Below, one piece after another: positions 28,723-39,658 of a stretch of 63,217 bases of DNA. The translations under genes and the position numbers were made by a program. The DNA comes from a virus (Duplodnaviria; Caudoviricetes): positions 1 through 63,217 of IMG/VR virus record IMGVR_UViG_3300008339_006649; one strand, written 5' to 3'. The notes below the pieces were generated by a model. It was not told the DNA's origin. It did no database searches and saw nothing but the letters and a program-made list of their open reading frames with translations. Every line of letters starts with the position of its first letter. Position 1 is the first letter of the stretch.

Positions 28723-29580
28723 ATGACAAATTCAGTATTAGATTCAGTACTTGCGCAGTACGAAAAGAACGCACAACCAAGTGGTTCACAGAGAACAAAC
28801 ATCTCACAAGAAGACAGATTAAAGAAGTATTTTTCGGCAATCTTAATGAAAAACGAAACATCCGCACAACGTAGAGTTCGTATTTTACCCACAAAAGATG
28901 GTTCATCACCATTTGTTGAAGTATGGTATCACGAAATTATGGTAAACGGACAATGGGTTAAGTTGTATGACCCTGACAAAAACGACAACGAGCGTTCCCC
29001 ACTTACAGAAGTTTATAATGAACTTATCCAAACGGGTAAAAAAGAAGACAAAGAATTGGCATCGCAATACCGTTCACGTTTATTTTACATCGTTAGAGTA
29101 ATTGACCGTGATAACGAACAAGATGGTGTTAAATTTTGGAGATTTAAACACAATTACAAAAACGAAGGTATCTTAGATAAAATCCTCCCTATTTGGAAAG
29201 CTAAAGGTGATATCACAGATGCTGAAAAAGGTCGTGATTTAATTATCGAACTTAAGAAAGCTAAAACCCCACAAGGAAAAGAGTATACAGTAATTCAAAC
29301 AGTTATGTATGATGACCCTGCATTACTTCACGAAGATAAAGAAATTATGAGTGGATGGTTGGAAGATGAGTTAACATGGAATGACGTGTATTCTAAAAAA
29401 CCTGTTGAGTATTTAGAAGCTATCGCAATTGGAGAAACACCAATTTGGAGTACAGAACTTAAGAAATATGTTTACGGTGAAACTGCCGACATTTCTCTTG
29501 GTGGTGGAAATACAAAAGAAGTGGTTCCTGTGGTAGACCCACAAGCTGACGAAGAGCCGGCTGAAGATTTACCATTCTAA
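28723..29580 (+). CDS. Single-stranded DNA-binding protein (gp32-like)
   Basis: RVRILP, PFVEVWYH, GVKFWRF, DITDAEKGRDLII and acidic tail ending EDLPF. Start is ATG 28723, since the track start lies inside the terminator. Confidence 0.8.
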   Translation: MTNSVLDSVLAQYEKNAQPSGSQRTNISQEDRLKKYFSAILMKNETSAQRRVRILPTKDGSSPFVEVWYHEIMVNGQWVKLYDPDKNDNERSPLTEVYNELIQTGKKEDKELASQYRSRLFYIVRVIDRDNEQDGVKFWRFKHNYKNEGILDKILPIWKAKGDITDAEKGRDLIIELKKAKTPQGKEYTVIQTVMYDDPALLHEDKEIMSGWLEDELTWNDVYSKKPVEYLEAIAIGETPIWSTELKKYVYGETADISLGGGNTKEVVPVVDPQADEEPAEDLPF

Positions 29581-29588
29581 ATTTAATT

Positions 29589-29631
29589 AAGCATGGATAC
29601 TTTTAAACATATTGTGTCCATGCTTTTTTTT
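29589..29631 (+). terminator. Rho-independent terminator after ssb
   Basis: AAGCATGGATAC...GTGTCCATGCTT followed by a T run. Confidence 0.75.
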
Positions 29632-29654
29632 ATAAACAAATTAAAAAAAACAAA

Positions 29655-29876
29655 ATGAAACCAGTGATTGCAGAAAAATTAAAAGAAGCATTAGTTAAAA
29701 AGTATGAAGCAGAAATTGCTGATGCTGAAGCAAGACTTTATGTTTATTTCACAAATCCTGTTGGGATTGGTGAGCATCCACAACACACAGAAGAGATGGA
29801 TAATTTAGTTGGGCAGCTTACCGACGCAAAAGACAAGTTAGAAACTATAACAAATTTTAAAATTTACGAACTATAA
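29655..29876 (+). CDS. Conserved small T4-like phage hypothetical protein
   Basis: Helical hairpin with NPVGIGEHP motif; TAATG coupling to recA. Confidence 0.65.
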   Translation: MKPVIAEKLKEALVKKYEAEIADAEARLYVYFTNPVGIGEHPQHTEEMDNLVGQLTDAKDKLETITNFKIYEL

Positions 29877-30883
29877 TGGCTATTAAAAAGAACGACTTTA
29901 GTTCACTAAAGAAAAAATTTTCCACATCTGCAAAATATAAACCACAAAGATTCTTTGATCTTGGTGCTCCCTTTTTAGATGCTGTTGGCTTACCTGGTCC
30001 TGCTATGGGACACATTAATATGTTCTTGGGTCATTCCGATACGGGAAAAACCACTGCGTTAGTTAAAACTGCAGTTGATGCACAGAAAAAAGGAATCCTT
30101 CCTGTGTTTATTATTACAGAACAGAAATGGTCATTTGAACACGCCAAACTAATGGGGTTTGAATGTGAAGAAGTTGTTGATACCGAAACAGGTGAATTAG
30201 AATGGGATGGTTTTTACATCTTCAATAACAACTTTGATTACATTGAACAAATTACTGATTACATTAATAGTCTATTAGATGCTCAAGAAAAGGGGGATTT
30301 AGATTATTCATTATGTATTATGTGGGACTCAGTTGGTTCGGTTCCTTGTAAAATGACTTATGAAGGTAAAGGTGGTAAACAACACAATGCAAGTGTTTTG
30401 GCCGACAAGATAGGTATGGGGATAAACCAACGTATTTCAGGTTCTCGTAAATCAGATTCTAAATATGAAAATACGCTTATCATTGTTAACCAACCTTGGG
30501 TTGAGTTACCTGATAATCCTTTTGGGCAACCTAAAATTAAAGCTAAAGGTGGTGAAGCTATTTGGTTAAATTCATCTTTAGTATTTTTATTTGGAAATCA
30601 AAAAGGAGCAGGAACTACAAAGATTACCGCAACAAAAGACAAACGAACTGTTAAGTTTGCATCAAGAACAAAAGTATCGGTAATGAAAAACCACATTAAT
30701 GGGCTTGGATTTGAAGATGGTAAAATTATTGTAACACCACACGGGTTCTTACCAGGAAAAGAAACTTCCGAAGAAAAGGCATCTATTGAGCAATACAAAA
30801 AAGAATATGCCGAGTATTGGAAGGAAATTATCGGAGTTGATGGTGACTTCGATTTGAAAGCAGAAAAAGAAGAAGTAGAGTAG
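29876..30883 (+). CDS. uvsX: RecA/UvsX recombinase
   Basis: GHSDTGKTT Walker A, WDSVGS Walker B, IIVNQ, KGGEA, KNHING. Confidence 0.9.
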   Translation: MAIKKNDFSSLKKKFSTSAKYKPQRFFDLGAPFLDAVGLPGPAMGHINMFLGHSDTGKTTALVKTAVDAQKKGILPVFIITEQKWSFEHAKLMGFECEEVVDTETGELEWDGFYIFNNNFDYIEQITDYINSLLDAQEKGDLDYSLCIMWDSVGSVPCKMTYEGKGGKQHNASVLADKIGMGINQRISGSRKSDSKYENTLIIVNQPWVELPDNPFGQPKIKAKGGEAIWLNSSLVFLFGNQKGAGTTKITATKDKRTVKFASRTKVSVMKNHINGLGFEDGKIIVTPHGFLPGKETSEEKASIEQYKKEYAEYWKEIIGVDGDFDLKAEKEEVE

Positions 30884-30904
30884 TAACAATTTAAAAGACG
30901 ACGA

Positions 30905-31912
30905 GTGTCAAAAACATTATTGGTTGATGGGAACAATCTATTAAAGATTGGGTTTCATGGTGTGAGGGAGTTCTACAATGGAACGCAACACGTAGGTGGT
31001 ATTTGGCATTTTCTAAATACTTTAAGAAAATTTTTAGAAGAAACAAACTTTAACAAAGTTGTAGTTTTTTGGGATAGTGATACAAGTTCATTACAACGTA
31101 GACTTATTTACCCAAAATATAAACTTAATAGAAAGTCGTCCGATAATGAACAAAAGAGGGATTCTTTTAACTTTCAAAAACAAAGAGTAAAACAATATCT
31201 TGAGGAGATGTTTGTAAGACAAATGGAGGTAGATCGTTCCGAAGCGGATGACTTAATTGCCTACTATTGTCATATATCATTAGATGAGGATAAAACAATA
31301 TTTTCGAGTGATAGAGATCTTACACAACTTATATCTGATAAGGTTACAATTTACTCACCATCCACAAAACAATATTATAGAAATGGGGATACAATAAAGG
31401 TTTACGATGCCGAGATTCCCCACTATAATGTTAAAACCCTTAAGATAATTACTGGTGATGGTTCGGATAATATAGACGGGATATTCTATATGGGGGAAAA
31501 GACTTTGCTTAAATTTTTTCCTGAACTACTTGAAAAACCTGTAGAAATTACTGATATTTTATCAAAAGGGGAAAACCTATTAAAAGAAGAAAAAGGTAAC
31601 AGTTCCTTACAAAATCTTTTAACGGGTAAAACTAAAGAAGGTATTTTTGGTGAAGAGTTTTATGTTATTAACAAAAAACTAATTGATTTGAGCGAACCGT
31701 TAATAACTGACGAAGGAAAAGAATTAGTTAACTTATATTACTCTGAGTCATTGGATCCTGACGGTAGAGGATATAAAAACCTAATTAGAATGATGATGGA
31801 AGACGGTTTGTTCAAGTACTTACCAAAAAATGATGAAAATTGGGTTTATTTTTTAAAACCATTTTTAAAACTAACCAGAAAAGAAAAAACAAAGTTTAAA
31901 AACAAAAAGTAA
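30905..31912 (+). CDS. 5'-3' exonuclease / RNase H (FEN/PolA N-terminal family)
   Basis: LLVDGNNL, YKLNR, EADDLIA, SSDRDLTQL, GDGSDNIDGI...GEKT; GTG start. Confidence 0.9.
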   Translation: MSKTLLVDGNNLLKIGFHGVREFYNGTQHVGGIWHFLNTLRKFLEETNFNKVVVFWDSDTSSLQRRLIYPKYKLNRKSSDNEQKRDSFNFQKQRVKQYLEEMFVRQMEVDRSEADDLIAYYCHISLDEDKTIFSSDRDLTQLISDKVTIYSPSTKQYYRNGDTIKVYDAEIPHYNVKTLKIITGDGSDNIDGIFYMGEKTLLKFFPELLEKPVEITDILSKGENLLKEEKGNSSLQNLLTGKTKEGIFGEEFYVINKKLIDLSEPLITDEGKELVNLYYSESLDPDGRGYKNLIRMMMEDGLFKYLPKNDENWVYFLKPFLKLTRKEKTKFKNKK

Positions 31913-31923
31913 AACAAAAAAAC

Positions 31924-32376
31924 ATGAAAGAACAAAACGACATTACTAAAGTTGAATTCTTAATTACATTAAACAACAACTTTGTTGTTCAAAGATTTTT
32001 TAATGTTAAGGGTTTCAATGGAAAGGCAAAAAATAGTGTGGAACTTTTGAATTACATTAACGAATTATCTAACGACTTAAAAACAAAACTTAGAAATAAA
32101 TGTGTTGTTTATATGTTAGAAAATCGTTTTCAAATTGAAGAGGATGCAAGTATTTTAGAAACATCAAATACTGATGGACCTGAGACCTTTAATATTATTT
32201 TAAAGTTAGGGAATGAGACAATTTGTCATAGAATTATAGATGCTAAAGTATACCCGCCTAAGGTAAGATATACGCTGGATGTACGACCATCAATAAAAAA
32301 CATCTTAAGAGATTTAACTGACATTTTATCAGGTAAAAATTTATCTTACGAGTACTTAAATTATTCATTCGCCTAA
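31924..32376 (+). CDS. Hypothetical protein in the replication block
   Basis: 150-aa ORF with phage-like codon use. Confidence 0.6.
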   Translation: MKEQNDITKVEFLITLNNNFVVQRFFNVKGFNGKAKNSVELLNYINELSNDLKTKLRNKCVVYMLENRFQIEEDASILETSNTDGPETFNIILKLGNETICHRIIDAKVYPPKVRYTLDVRPSIKNILRDLTDILSGKNLSYEYLNYSFA

Positions 32377-32413
32377 TAGTATTTATTAGAAAACAAAGAA
32401 CAAATCATATAAT

Positions 32414-33793
32414 ATGTCAGACAAAAAAAACTTCGGATACTTAGGAAATACTTTTCAAAATCAATTAATAAATAACATTATTGTTTATAAAGATTTTTCA
32501 AATTCCATCATTGAAGTTATTGACCCACACTACTTTGATAATCAATATTTTCGTATCATTTGTCAAATGATTAAGGAGTATTACTCAAAGTATGAACATA
32601 CCCCTACGTTTGACACTTTAGAACAACTAACTAAGTCGGAAATTACTTCCCCAATGGCTCAAAAGAGTATATTAGACACTCTTGACCAAGTTAAAAACGT
32701 TTCCGACGAAGGTTCAGTTTATGTACAAGAAAAGGCACTAAAGTTTTGTAAACAACAAGAACTACAAAAAGTAATGACTAAAGCTCAATCAATCATTGAT
32801 AAAGGTGATTTTGAGAGTTACGATAGATTAGAAGAAATGGTTCGAGGGGCACTTCAAGTTGGTGAAACTGATAAAGGGACAACTGATGTGTTTTTTAACA
32901 TTGATGAAGTTTTGGATGACGATTACAGACACCCTATTCCGATTGGTGTACCTGGTATTGACAACCTTTTAAAGGGTGGTTTAGCTAAAGGAGAAATTGG
33001 TGTAATTTTGGCACCTACTGGGGTAGGTAAATCAACATTTACTACTAAAATAGCCAATCACGCATTTAATTTAGGGTATAACGTACTTCAAATATTTTTT
33101 GAAGATAACCCAAAAATTATTCAAAGAAAACATTTTACACTTTGGACTGGTATCCATCCTGATGATATGTCTGAAAATAAAGATGAGGTTATGGAAAGGG
33201 TAAAACATATACAATCAACAATGAAAAATAAGTTGATTATGAAAAAGTTACCATCGGATACTGTTACTATGAATCAAATAAAGAATCAAGTAAGAAAAAT
33301 GATGGCGGAAGGTACTAGAATTGATATGATTATTTTAGATTATATTGATTGTGTAGTTCCTGACAAAATGTTAGGTGATGAATGGAAAAGTGAGGGGTCT
33401 GTAATGCGTGGATTTGAGGCAATGTGTCATGAATTAGATATTGCAGGATGGACGGCAACACAAGGAAATCGTAATTCTATTTCATCAGATGTTGTAACAA
33501 CAGACCAAATGGGTGGGTCAATTAAAAAGGCACAAGTTGGTCACGTAATAATTACCGTAGCCAAAAGCTTACAACAAAAAGAGATGAATTTGGCGACAAT
33601 CGCAATTACCAAATCAAGAATTGGTAAAGATGGGATTGTTTTTGAAAACTGTAAATTTGATAACGGAATGTTAGAGATTGACACAGAACAAAGTATGACT
33701 TTCTTAGGTTTGGAAGAACAAAAAGAAGAAAGAAACAAAAACAGAATCAAAGAATTGCTTGAAAAGAAAAGGCAAAAACAACAAGAATCTTAA
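32414..33793 (+). CDS. dnaB: Replicative DNA helicase (DnaB/gp41-like)
   Basis: APTGVGKST Walker A, ILDYID, WTATQGNR, KSRIG. Confidence 0.92.
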   Translation: MSDKKNFGYLGNTFQNQLINNIIVYKDFSNSIIEVIDPHYFDNQYFRIICQMIKEYYSKYEHTPTFDTLEQLTKSEITSPMAQKSILDTLDQVKNVSDEGSVYVQEKALKFCKQQELQKVMTKAQSIIDKGDFESYDRLEEMVRGALQVGETDKGTTDVFFNIDEVLDDDYRHPIPIGVPGIDNLLKGGLAKGEIGVILAPTGVGKSTFTTKIANHAFNLGYNVLQIFFEDNPKIIQRKHFTLWTGIHPDDMSENKDEVMERVKHIQSTMKNKLIMKKLPSDTVTMNQIKNQVRKMMAEGTRIDMIILDYIDCVVPDKMLGDEWKSEGSVMRGFEAMCHELDIAGWTATQGNRNSISSDVVTTDQMGGSIKKAQVGHVIITVAKSLQQKEMNLATIAITKSRIGKDGIVFENCKFDNGMLEIDTEQSMTFLGLEEQKEERNKNRIKELLEKKRQKQQES

Positions 33794-33814
33794 AAAAATA
33801 ATTAAATTTACAAA

Positions 33815-34762
33815 ATGGAAAAAATATTAGTAGAAAACCCTAATAGGTTTGTTATCTTCCCAATCGAACACAATGATATTTGGGAATATTACAAAATGCA
33901 TCAGGCGGCTTTTTGGACCGCTGAAGAAGTAGATTTGACGAATGACATTAGAGACTGGGAAAATTTAACAGATAATGAAAAATATTTTATTAAAAATGTT
34001 TTATCTTTTTTCGCAGCATCAGATGGAATCGTAAACGAAAATTTGGCAGAGAACTTCTATCGTGAAGTACAATATCCCGAAGCTAAATTCTTTTATGGAT
34101 TTCAATTAGCGATGGAAAACATCCACTCACTTATGTATTCGTTATTAATCGACACATACATCAATAATGCAAAGGAGAAGGATGAATGCTTCAACGCTAT
34201 TGATAGATTACCTGCGGTACAGAAGAAAGCTAAATGGGCTTTAGATTGGATTGAAAACGCATCATTCCAAGAAAGATTAATTGCATTTGCGGCTGTTGAA
34301 GGTATTTTCTTTTCAGGTTCGTTCTGTTCTATTTTTTGGTTAAAATCAAGAGGAATTATGCAAGGTTTGTGTAATGCCAATTCTTTAATATTTAAAGATG
34401 AGAACTTACATTGTGATTTCGCAATCCACTTGTTAAACAACCATTGTGAAGACAAACCATCGGAAAAAAGAATTAAAGAGATTTTATTATCAGCACTTGA
34501 AATTGAAAAAGAGTTTATAACTGAGTCTTTACCAGTGTCATTGATTGGTATGAATTCAAACCTAATGAAACAATACTTAGAGTTTGTGGTTGACGGGCTT
34601 TTAGTTAAATTTGGATGTAGTAAAGAATTCAATGTGGAACAACCATTCAAATTCATGGAACAAATTGCCGTTGAAACCAAAGGTAATTTCTTTGAATCAA
34701 GAACAATGGAATACCAAAAGGCTAAACTTAACGAAACTATTTCATTTACAGACGATTTCTAA
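33815..34762 (+). CDS. nrdB: Ribonucleotide reductase class Ia beta subunit
   Basis: [49 protein letters not shown]. Confidence 0.97.
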   Translation: MEKILVENPNRFVIFPIEHNDIWEYYKMHQAAFWTAEEVDLTNDIRDWENLTDNEKYFIKNVLSFFAASDGIVNENLAENFYREVQYPEAKFFYGFQLAMENIHSLMYSLLIDTYINNAKEKDECFNAIDRLPAVQKKAKWALDWIENASFQERLIAFAAVEGIFFSGSFCSIFWLKSRGIMQGLCNANSLIFKDENLHCDFAIHLLNNHCEDKPSEKRIKEILLSALEIEKEFITESLPVSLIGMNSNLMKQYLEFVVDGLLVKFGCSKEFNVEQPFKFMEQIAVETKGNFFESRTMEYQKAKLNETISFTDDF

Positions 34763-34776
34763 TTAAACTAAATAAT

Positions 34777-37203
34777 ATGTCATTAAAAATAATTAAAAGA
34801 AATGGGGAAAGCGTTTCATTCAATCCCCAAAAAATTTATAACCGTGTTAAACGTGCTTCAAAAGGGTTAAGTGTAAATTCAGATGAAATATTCATAAAAG
34901 TAATTACATCAGTACCAACTGAGGGTGAAATAACTACAAAAGAGTTAGATAAACTTGTATATGAAATTGCTGCGGCATATACCGGTAGTCATCATGATTA
35001 TTCACGATTAGCATCATCAGTTGCTATTTCATCTTATCATAAAGAAACTAATGATAGTTTTTCAGAAACTATGATGGTCTTATATAAAGATGGTATCATT
35101 AATGAAAAATTAATTGAAACTATTAAGTTATATGGTGAGGATACTATCGATGCTGTAATTAACCACGATAACGATTATAATTTTGATTATTTTGCTTGGC
35201 GTTCTTTACAAGAAATGTACTTGTTAAAAAGACCAACAGGTAAAGTAATCGAAAGACCACAACACATGTATATGAGAGTTGCGTTGTGGGTTACCGATGA
35301 TTTTGTAAGTGCGGTCGAGTATTATAAATCATTATCAAATCAACTAATATCTAAGGCAACACCAATCATGATTAACGCAGGAACAAAAGTTCCTCAGTTA
35401 GCTTCGTGTGTATTACACTACAATAACTCAGACTCAAGAAAAGGATTGTTAGATACACTAAATGATATCTCAACATTTTCTTCAGATGCTGCTGGTATTG
35501 GGTTGTCTATGTCTAACATTCGTAGTAAAGAGAGTAGAATTTCATCATCAGGTGGATTCGCAGGTGGGTTATTGAAATACCTTAAAATTGTTAACGAATC
35601 ATTAAGGTTCTTTAATCAACAAGGAAGACGACCTGGTTCTGCCGCAATTTACCTTGAACCTTGGCATAAAGATATCTTTGATTTATTGGACATTAAAAAG
35701 AATACAGGTGCAGAAGAATTAAGGGCTCGTGATTTATTTACTGCTCTTTGGTTACCTGACAACTTTATGAGGGCGGTTAAAAATAATGGTGATTGGTATT
35801 TGTTCTGTCCTAATGATATTAAGACTGCCGGCATCAAGGCATTACAAGAGTGTTATGGTGATGAGTATGAAGAAAACTATAACAAAGCAGTATTGATGGG
35901 ATTGGGTAAAAAAGTTAAGGCACAAGACATATGGACTAAAGTTATTGAATCACAAGTTGAAACGGGAGTCCCTTATCTTTGTTCTAAAGATAGTGCCAAC
36001 AGAAAAACTAATCACCAAAACATTGGGGTTATTAAACAGTCAAACCTTTGTAATGAAATTTACCAATATACCGATGAAGAGACTACCGCCATTTGTACGT
36101 TATCATCAATAGTATTAAAAAACTTTATCCAAAACGGTAAGTTTGACCATGAATTATTATTTACTGAAGTTCGTAAAGTTGTAAGAGCATTAAACAAAGT
36201 AATTGATATTAACAACTACTCAACACAAAAAGGGTTGAAAGGTGGTATGGAACAAAGAGCAATTGCTATTGGAACACAAGGTTTGGCCGATGTGTTTTAT
36301 TTAATGGATTATATCTTTACATCAGAAGATGCTAAAAAATTAAATAAAGATATATTTGAAACAATCTATTACGCGGCAATTTATGAAAGTAACCAATTGT
36401 GTATAAATGGTAAGTATGATAAATACTCACATTTTAACGGGTCACCGATGTCTAATGGAGTATTCCAATTTGACATGTGGGGATTAGATGGGTCACAACT
36501 TTCAGGAATGTGGGATTGGGATAAATTGAAAAAAAGTGTTAGTGATTATGGTGTATGTAACTCTTTGTTTACCGCTCAAATGCCTGTCGCATCTTCAGCT
36601 AAAATTACAGGTTCATTTGAAATGACAGAACCAGCACATTCGGCATTATTTAATAGACGAGTTGTTGGTGGTGAGATTATGATAGTAAACAAATACCTTA
36701 TTAATGATTTTGAAAAAATTGGTATTTGGTCAGAAGATTTAAAAAATGAAATTATTATGAACGAAGGGTCAATTCAAAATATTAATTTCAATAACTACTT
36801 AGATACTGAAGATAAACACTACAATAAAAAAGTTAAAAGAATAGAACACTTAATTCCTAAATATAAAACTATTTGGGAGATTTCACAAAGAGAATTAATC
36901 GATATGGCATCTGATAGAGCACCATTTATTGACCAATCACAATCAATGAATATCTATATGGCTAACCCAACTTTATCTAAGATTACTTCATCACATTTCC
37001 ACTCGTGGGAGAAAGGTTTAAAAACTTTGTGTTATTATGTTAGGACTAAGGCGATTTCTACAGGAGCAAAACACTTAGCACTTGATATGAGTAAAAAAGA
37101 AAAACCTAAGAAAATTGAAACACCACAAATAGATTATTCTAATATGAATTTACCACCAAAACCAGATAATAGTGACTTTGATTGTTTTGGATGTTCATCC
37201 TAA
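34777..37203 (+). CDS. nrdA: Ribonucleotide reductase class Ia alpha subunit with ATP cone
   Basis: IKRNG ATP cone, QLASC, SNLCNEI, AICTLSS, MPVASS, GLKTLCYY, C-terminal CFGC. Confidence 0.97.
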   Translation: MSLKIIKRNGESVSFNPQKIYNRVKRASKGLSVNSDEIFIKVITSVPTEGEITTKELDKLVYEIAAAYTGSHHDYSRLASSVAISSYHKETNDSFSETMMVLYKDGIINEKLIETIKLYGEDTIDAVINHDNDYNFDYFAWRSLQEMYLLKRPTGKVIERPQHMYMRVALWVTDDFVSAVEYYKSLSNQLISKATPIMINAGTKVPQLASCVLHYNNSDSRKGLLDTLNDISTFSSDAAGIGLSMSNIRSKESRISSSGGFAGGLLKYLKIVNESLRFFNQQGRRPGSAAIYLEPWHKDIFDLLDIKKNTGAEELRARDLFTALWLPDNFMRAVKNNGDWYLFCPNDIKTAGIKALQECYGDEYEENYNKAVLMGLGKKVKAQDIWTKVIESQVETGVPYLCSKDSANRKTNHQNIGVIKQSNLCNEIYQYTDEETTAICTLSSIVLKNFIQNGKFDHELLFTEVRKVVRALNKVIDINNYSTQKGLKGGMEQRAIAIGTQGLADVFYLMDYIFTSEDAKKLNKDIFETIYYAAIYESNQLCINGKYDKYSHFNGSPMSNGVFQFDMWGLDGSQLSGMWDWDKLKKSVSDYGVCNSLFTAQMPVASSAKITGSFEMTEPAHSALFNRRVVGGEIMIVNKYLINDFEKIGIWSEDLKNEIIMNEGSIQNINFNNYLDTEDKHYNKKVKRIEHLIPKYKTIWEISQRELIDMASDRAPFIDQSQSMNIYMANPTLSKITSSHFHSWEKGLKTLCYYVRTKAISTGAKHLALDMSKKEKPKKIETPQIDYSNMNLPPKPDNSDFDCFGCSS

Positions 37204-37207
37204 TATT

Positions 37208-37232
37208 AAATCCCAACTTGTTGGGATTTTTT
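37208..37232 (+). terminator. Rho-independent terminator ending the replication block
   Basis: AAATCCCAA-CTTG-TTGGGATTT followed by T's. Confidence 0.8.
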
Positions 37233-37280
37233 GTTTAATATCTATTTATTGAAAAATTCACTCTATTATATTTATATAAT

Positions 37281-37745
37281 ATGGCAAATGGTATTACATA
37301 TGGTTTAAGTTTTCCTTTTAGACAAAGTGTTAAAGGAGATTACGTACAGTTAACGGACACTTCTGATGACGAAATTCGTACAGATTTATTACATTTAATA
37401 TTAACAAAAAAGGGTTCTAGATATTACTTACCTGATTTTGGTACTAGAATATATGAATTCATTTTTGAACCATTAGATGGTGAGACTTTTGATGGTATAC
37501 GTTCAGATATTGAACAACAAGTTGCTAAGTACATACCTAATCTAACTATTAATAGTATAACCATAGAACCTTATGTTGAATCTGATGAAGCGGCAGGGCA
37601 ATTGGATTATGAATTATTAGGTCAGGCCAGTATATATAGAATACCAGGTGCTAATACACAAGAATACACCGCAAAATTAAAAATAGACTATACCGACGAA
37701 AATAAAGCATTCGGAAGTAGGGAGTTTGTGATAATAAACATTTAA
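37281..37745 (+). CDS. Baseplate wedge subunit gp25-like
   Basis: LILTKKGSRYYLPDFGTRIYEFIFEP is the gp25/GPW signature. Confidence 0.9.
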   Translation: MANGITYGLSFPFRQSVKGDYVQLTDTSDDEIRTDLLHLILTKKGSRYYLPDFGTRIYEFIFEPLDGETFDGIRSDIEQQVAKYIPNLTINSITIEPYVESDEAAGQLDYELLGQASIYRIPGANTQEYTAKLKIDYTDENKAFGSREFVIINI

Positions 37746-37747
37746 AT

Positions 37748-39586
37748 ATGGCAAATAAAAAAATTAATTATACCGAAAGGGATTTTGAAGGTATAAGACA
37801 GGAGTTAATAAATTATACAAAACAATATTATCCTGAGTTAGTACAAAATTTTAACGACGCTTCTGTTTTTTCTGTACTAATGGATTTAAATGCTGCGGTT
37901 GCGGATAATTTACATTTCCATATCGATAGAAGTATACAAGAAACTGTACTTCAGTACGCACAACAAAGGTCTTCTATTTTTAATATTGCTAGAACTTATG
38001 GTTTAAAAATACCGGGGTATAGACCATCGGTTGCGGTTATCGACATCTCAATAACAGTACCACCTTTAGGTGATAGTGAAGATTTTAGGTACTTAGGAAT
38101 CTTAAGAGCGGGTTCACAATTTAATGGTGGAGGGACAACATTTGAAACCGTTTATGATATTGATTTTAGTACTCAGTATAATTCTGAAGGGTTTGTTAAT
38201 AGAACAAAAATACCAACATTTGATAATAATAATAAAATTATAAATTACGTTATCACAAAAAGAGAGGTTGTAGTTAATGGAACAACTAAAGTATTTAAAA
38301 GAGTTATTAATCCATCAGACGTAGTCCCATTCTTTAATTTCTTTTTACCTGAGAGAAATGTTTTAGGTGTCACATCAATAATACAAAAAGAAGGGTCAAC
38401 ATACCCATCTGTACCTTCATATTCTGAATTTGTAACATCGACAAATAAATGGTATGAAGTTGACGCATTGGCGGAAGACACCGTTTTTATTGAAGACACC
38501 ACAAAACCAACAGATAATGCGGGGATTAAGGTTGGGAAATATATAAAAACAGAAAATAGATTTATAACTGAATACACCCCAGAAGGATTTTTAAAAATAC
38601 AATTTGGTGGTGGTACCACAACACCACAACAACAACTAAATGATTTTGCTAAGAACGGTATTAAATTAGATTTAGGTAACTATCAAAATAATATTGGATT
38701 AGGATTAACGGTTCAACCAAACACCACAATTTACGTACAATATAGAATAGGTGGTGGATTGGCTTCCAATGTTGGTGTTGGGGTAATAAATCAAGTAGGT
38801 ACTGTAGAGTTCGCAATAAATGGGCCGTCAAGTACTATAAACAACAATGTATTACAATCTTTGGCTGCCAACAACGTAACGGCAGCTATTGGTGGGTCTA
38901 ATCCACCATCTACTGAAGAGGTTAGAAATATGGTATCTTTTAATTTTGCAGCACAAAAAAGAGCGGTAACTGTAAATGATTATAAATCTATTATAGACAC
39001 AATGCCCGGTAAGTTTGGTGCACCTGCTAAAGTTGCTATTACCGAAAATAATAACAAAATTACAATACAGATTCTTTCATATGACGATACGGGTAAATTA
39101 ACACAAGTCGTATCTAATAATTTAAAAAGTAACTTGGCAACTTATCTGTCTAAGTTTAGAATGATTAACGATTACATATCAATTGATGTTGCTAAAGTTA
39201 TTGACCTCGAGTTCGATATTTACGTTGTTTTAGAGTCAGATAGAAACCAAGGGCAAGTTATCACTGAAGTGATTAATCAAATTTCAAACTACATGGCTCC
39301 TGAAAACAGGGAGTTAGGTCAAAATGTTAATGTCTCTGATGTTAGAAGATTGATTCAAAACACTGCTGGTGTTTCCACACTTTCAGACTTAAAAGTTTAT
39401 AATAAAGTTGGGGGTCAATACTCGTCATCACAGACTTCACAAAGATATGTTGACAAAGTTACAAGAGAGATACAATTAATAGACGACACAATATACGCTG
39501 AACCAACACAGATATATCAAGTTAGATTTAATAATAGAGATATAAAGGTAAGTGTTAAAAACCTTAAAACGGTAGACTTCTCATAA
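37748..39586 (+). CDS. Baseplate wedge protein gp6/J-like
   Basis: RDFEGIRQELINY, AQQRSSIFNIARTYG, IQFGGG, YRIGGG, GGSNPPS, QKRAVTVNDY. Confidence 0.9.
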   Translation: MANKKINYTERDFEGIRQELINYTKQYYPELVQNFNDASVFSVLMDLNAAVADNLHFHIDRSIQETVLQYAQQRSSIFNIARTYGLKIPGYRPSVAVIDISITVPPLGDSEDFRYLGILRAGSQFNGGGTTFETVYDIDFSTQYNSEGFVNRTKIPTFDNNNKIINYVITKREVVVNGTTKVFKRVINPSDVVPFFNFFLPERNVLGVTSIIQKEGSTYPSVPSYSEFVTSTNKWYEVDALAEDTVFIEDTTKPTDNAGIKVGKYIKTENRFITEYTPEGFLKIQFGGGTTTPQQQLNDFAKNGIKLDLGNYQNNIGLGLTVQPNTTIYVQYRIGGGLASNVGVGVINQVGTVEFAINGPSSTINNNVLQSLAANNVTAAIGGSNPPSTEEVRNMVSFNFAAQKRAVTVNDYKSIIDTMPGKFGAPAKVAITENNNKITIQILSYDDTGKLTQVVSNNLKSNLATYLSKFRMINDYISIDVAKVIDLEFDIYVVLESDRNQGQVITEVINQISNYMAPENRELGQNVNVSDVRRLIQNTAGVSTLSDLKVYNKVGGQYSSSQTSQRYVDKVTREIQLIDDTIYAEPTQIYQVRFNNRDIKVSVKNLKTVDFS

Positions 39587-39658
39587 GATTCTTTATTTTA
39601 TAATGTTATGTCTTATTTTTTAAAATGAGGAACATAACTATTTATTTTTAAAAGATTA

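Noticed and set aside
29876-37203. Inteins, introns or homing endonucleases in recA, dnaB or nrdAB
   Set aside because: Protein lengths are normal, and no intein termini or LAGLIDADG/HNH motifs were seen.
5720-39586. Bacterial contractile injection system (eCIS/T6SS) rather than a phage
   Set aside because: Neck genes, gp32-like ssb, UvsX, helicase and RNR are interleaved with the tail genes, which indicates a lytic phage genome.
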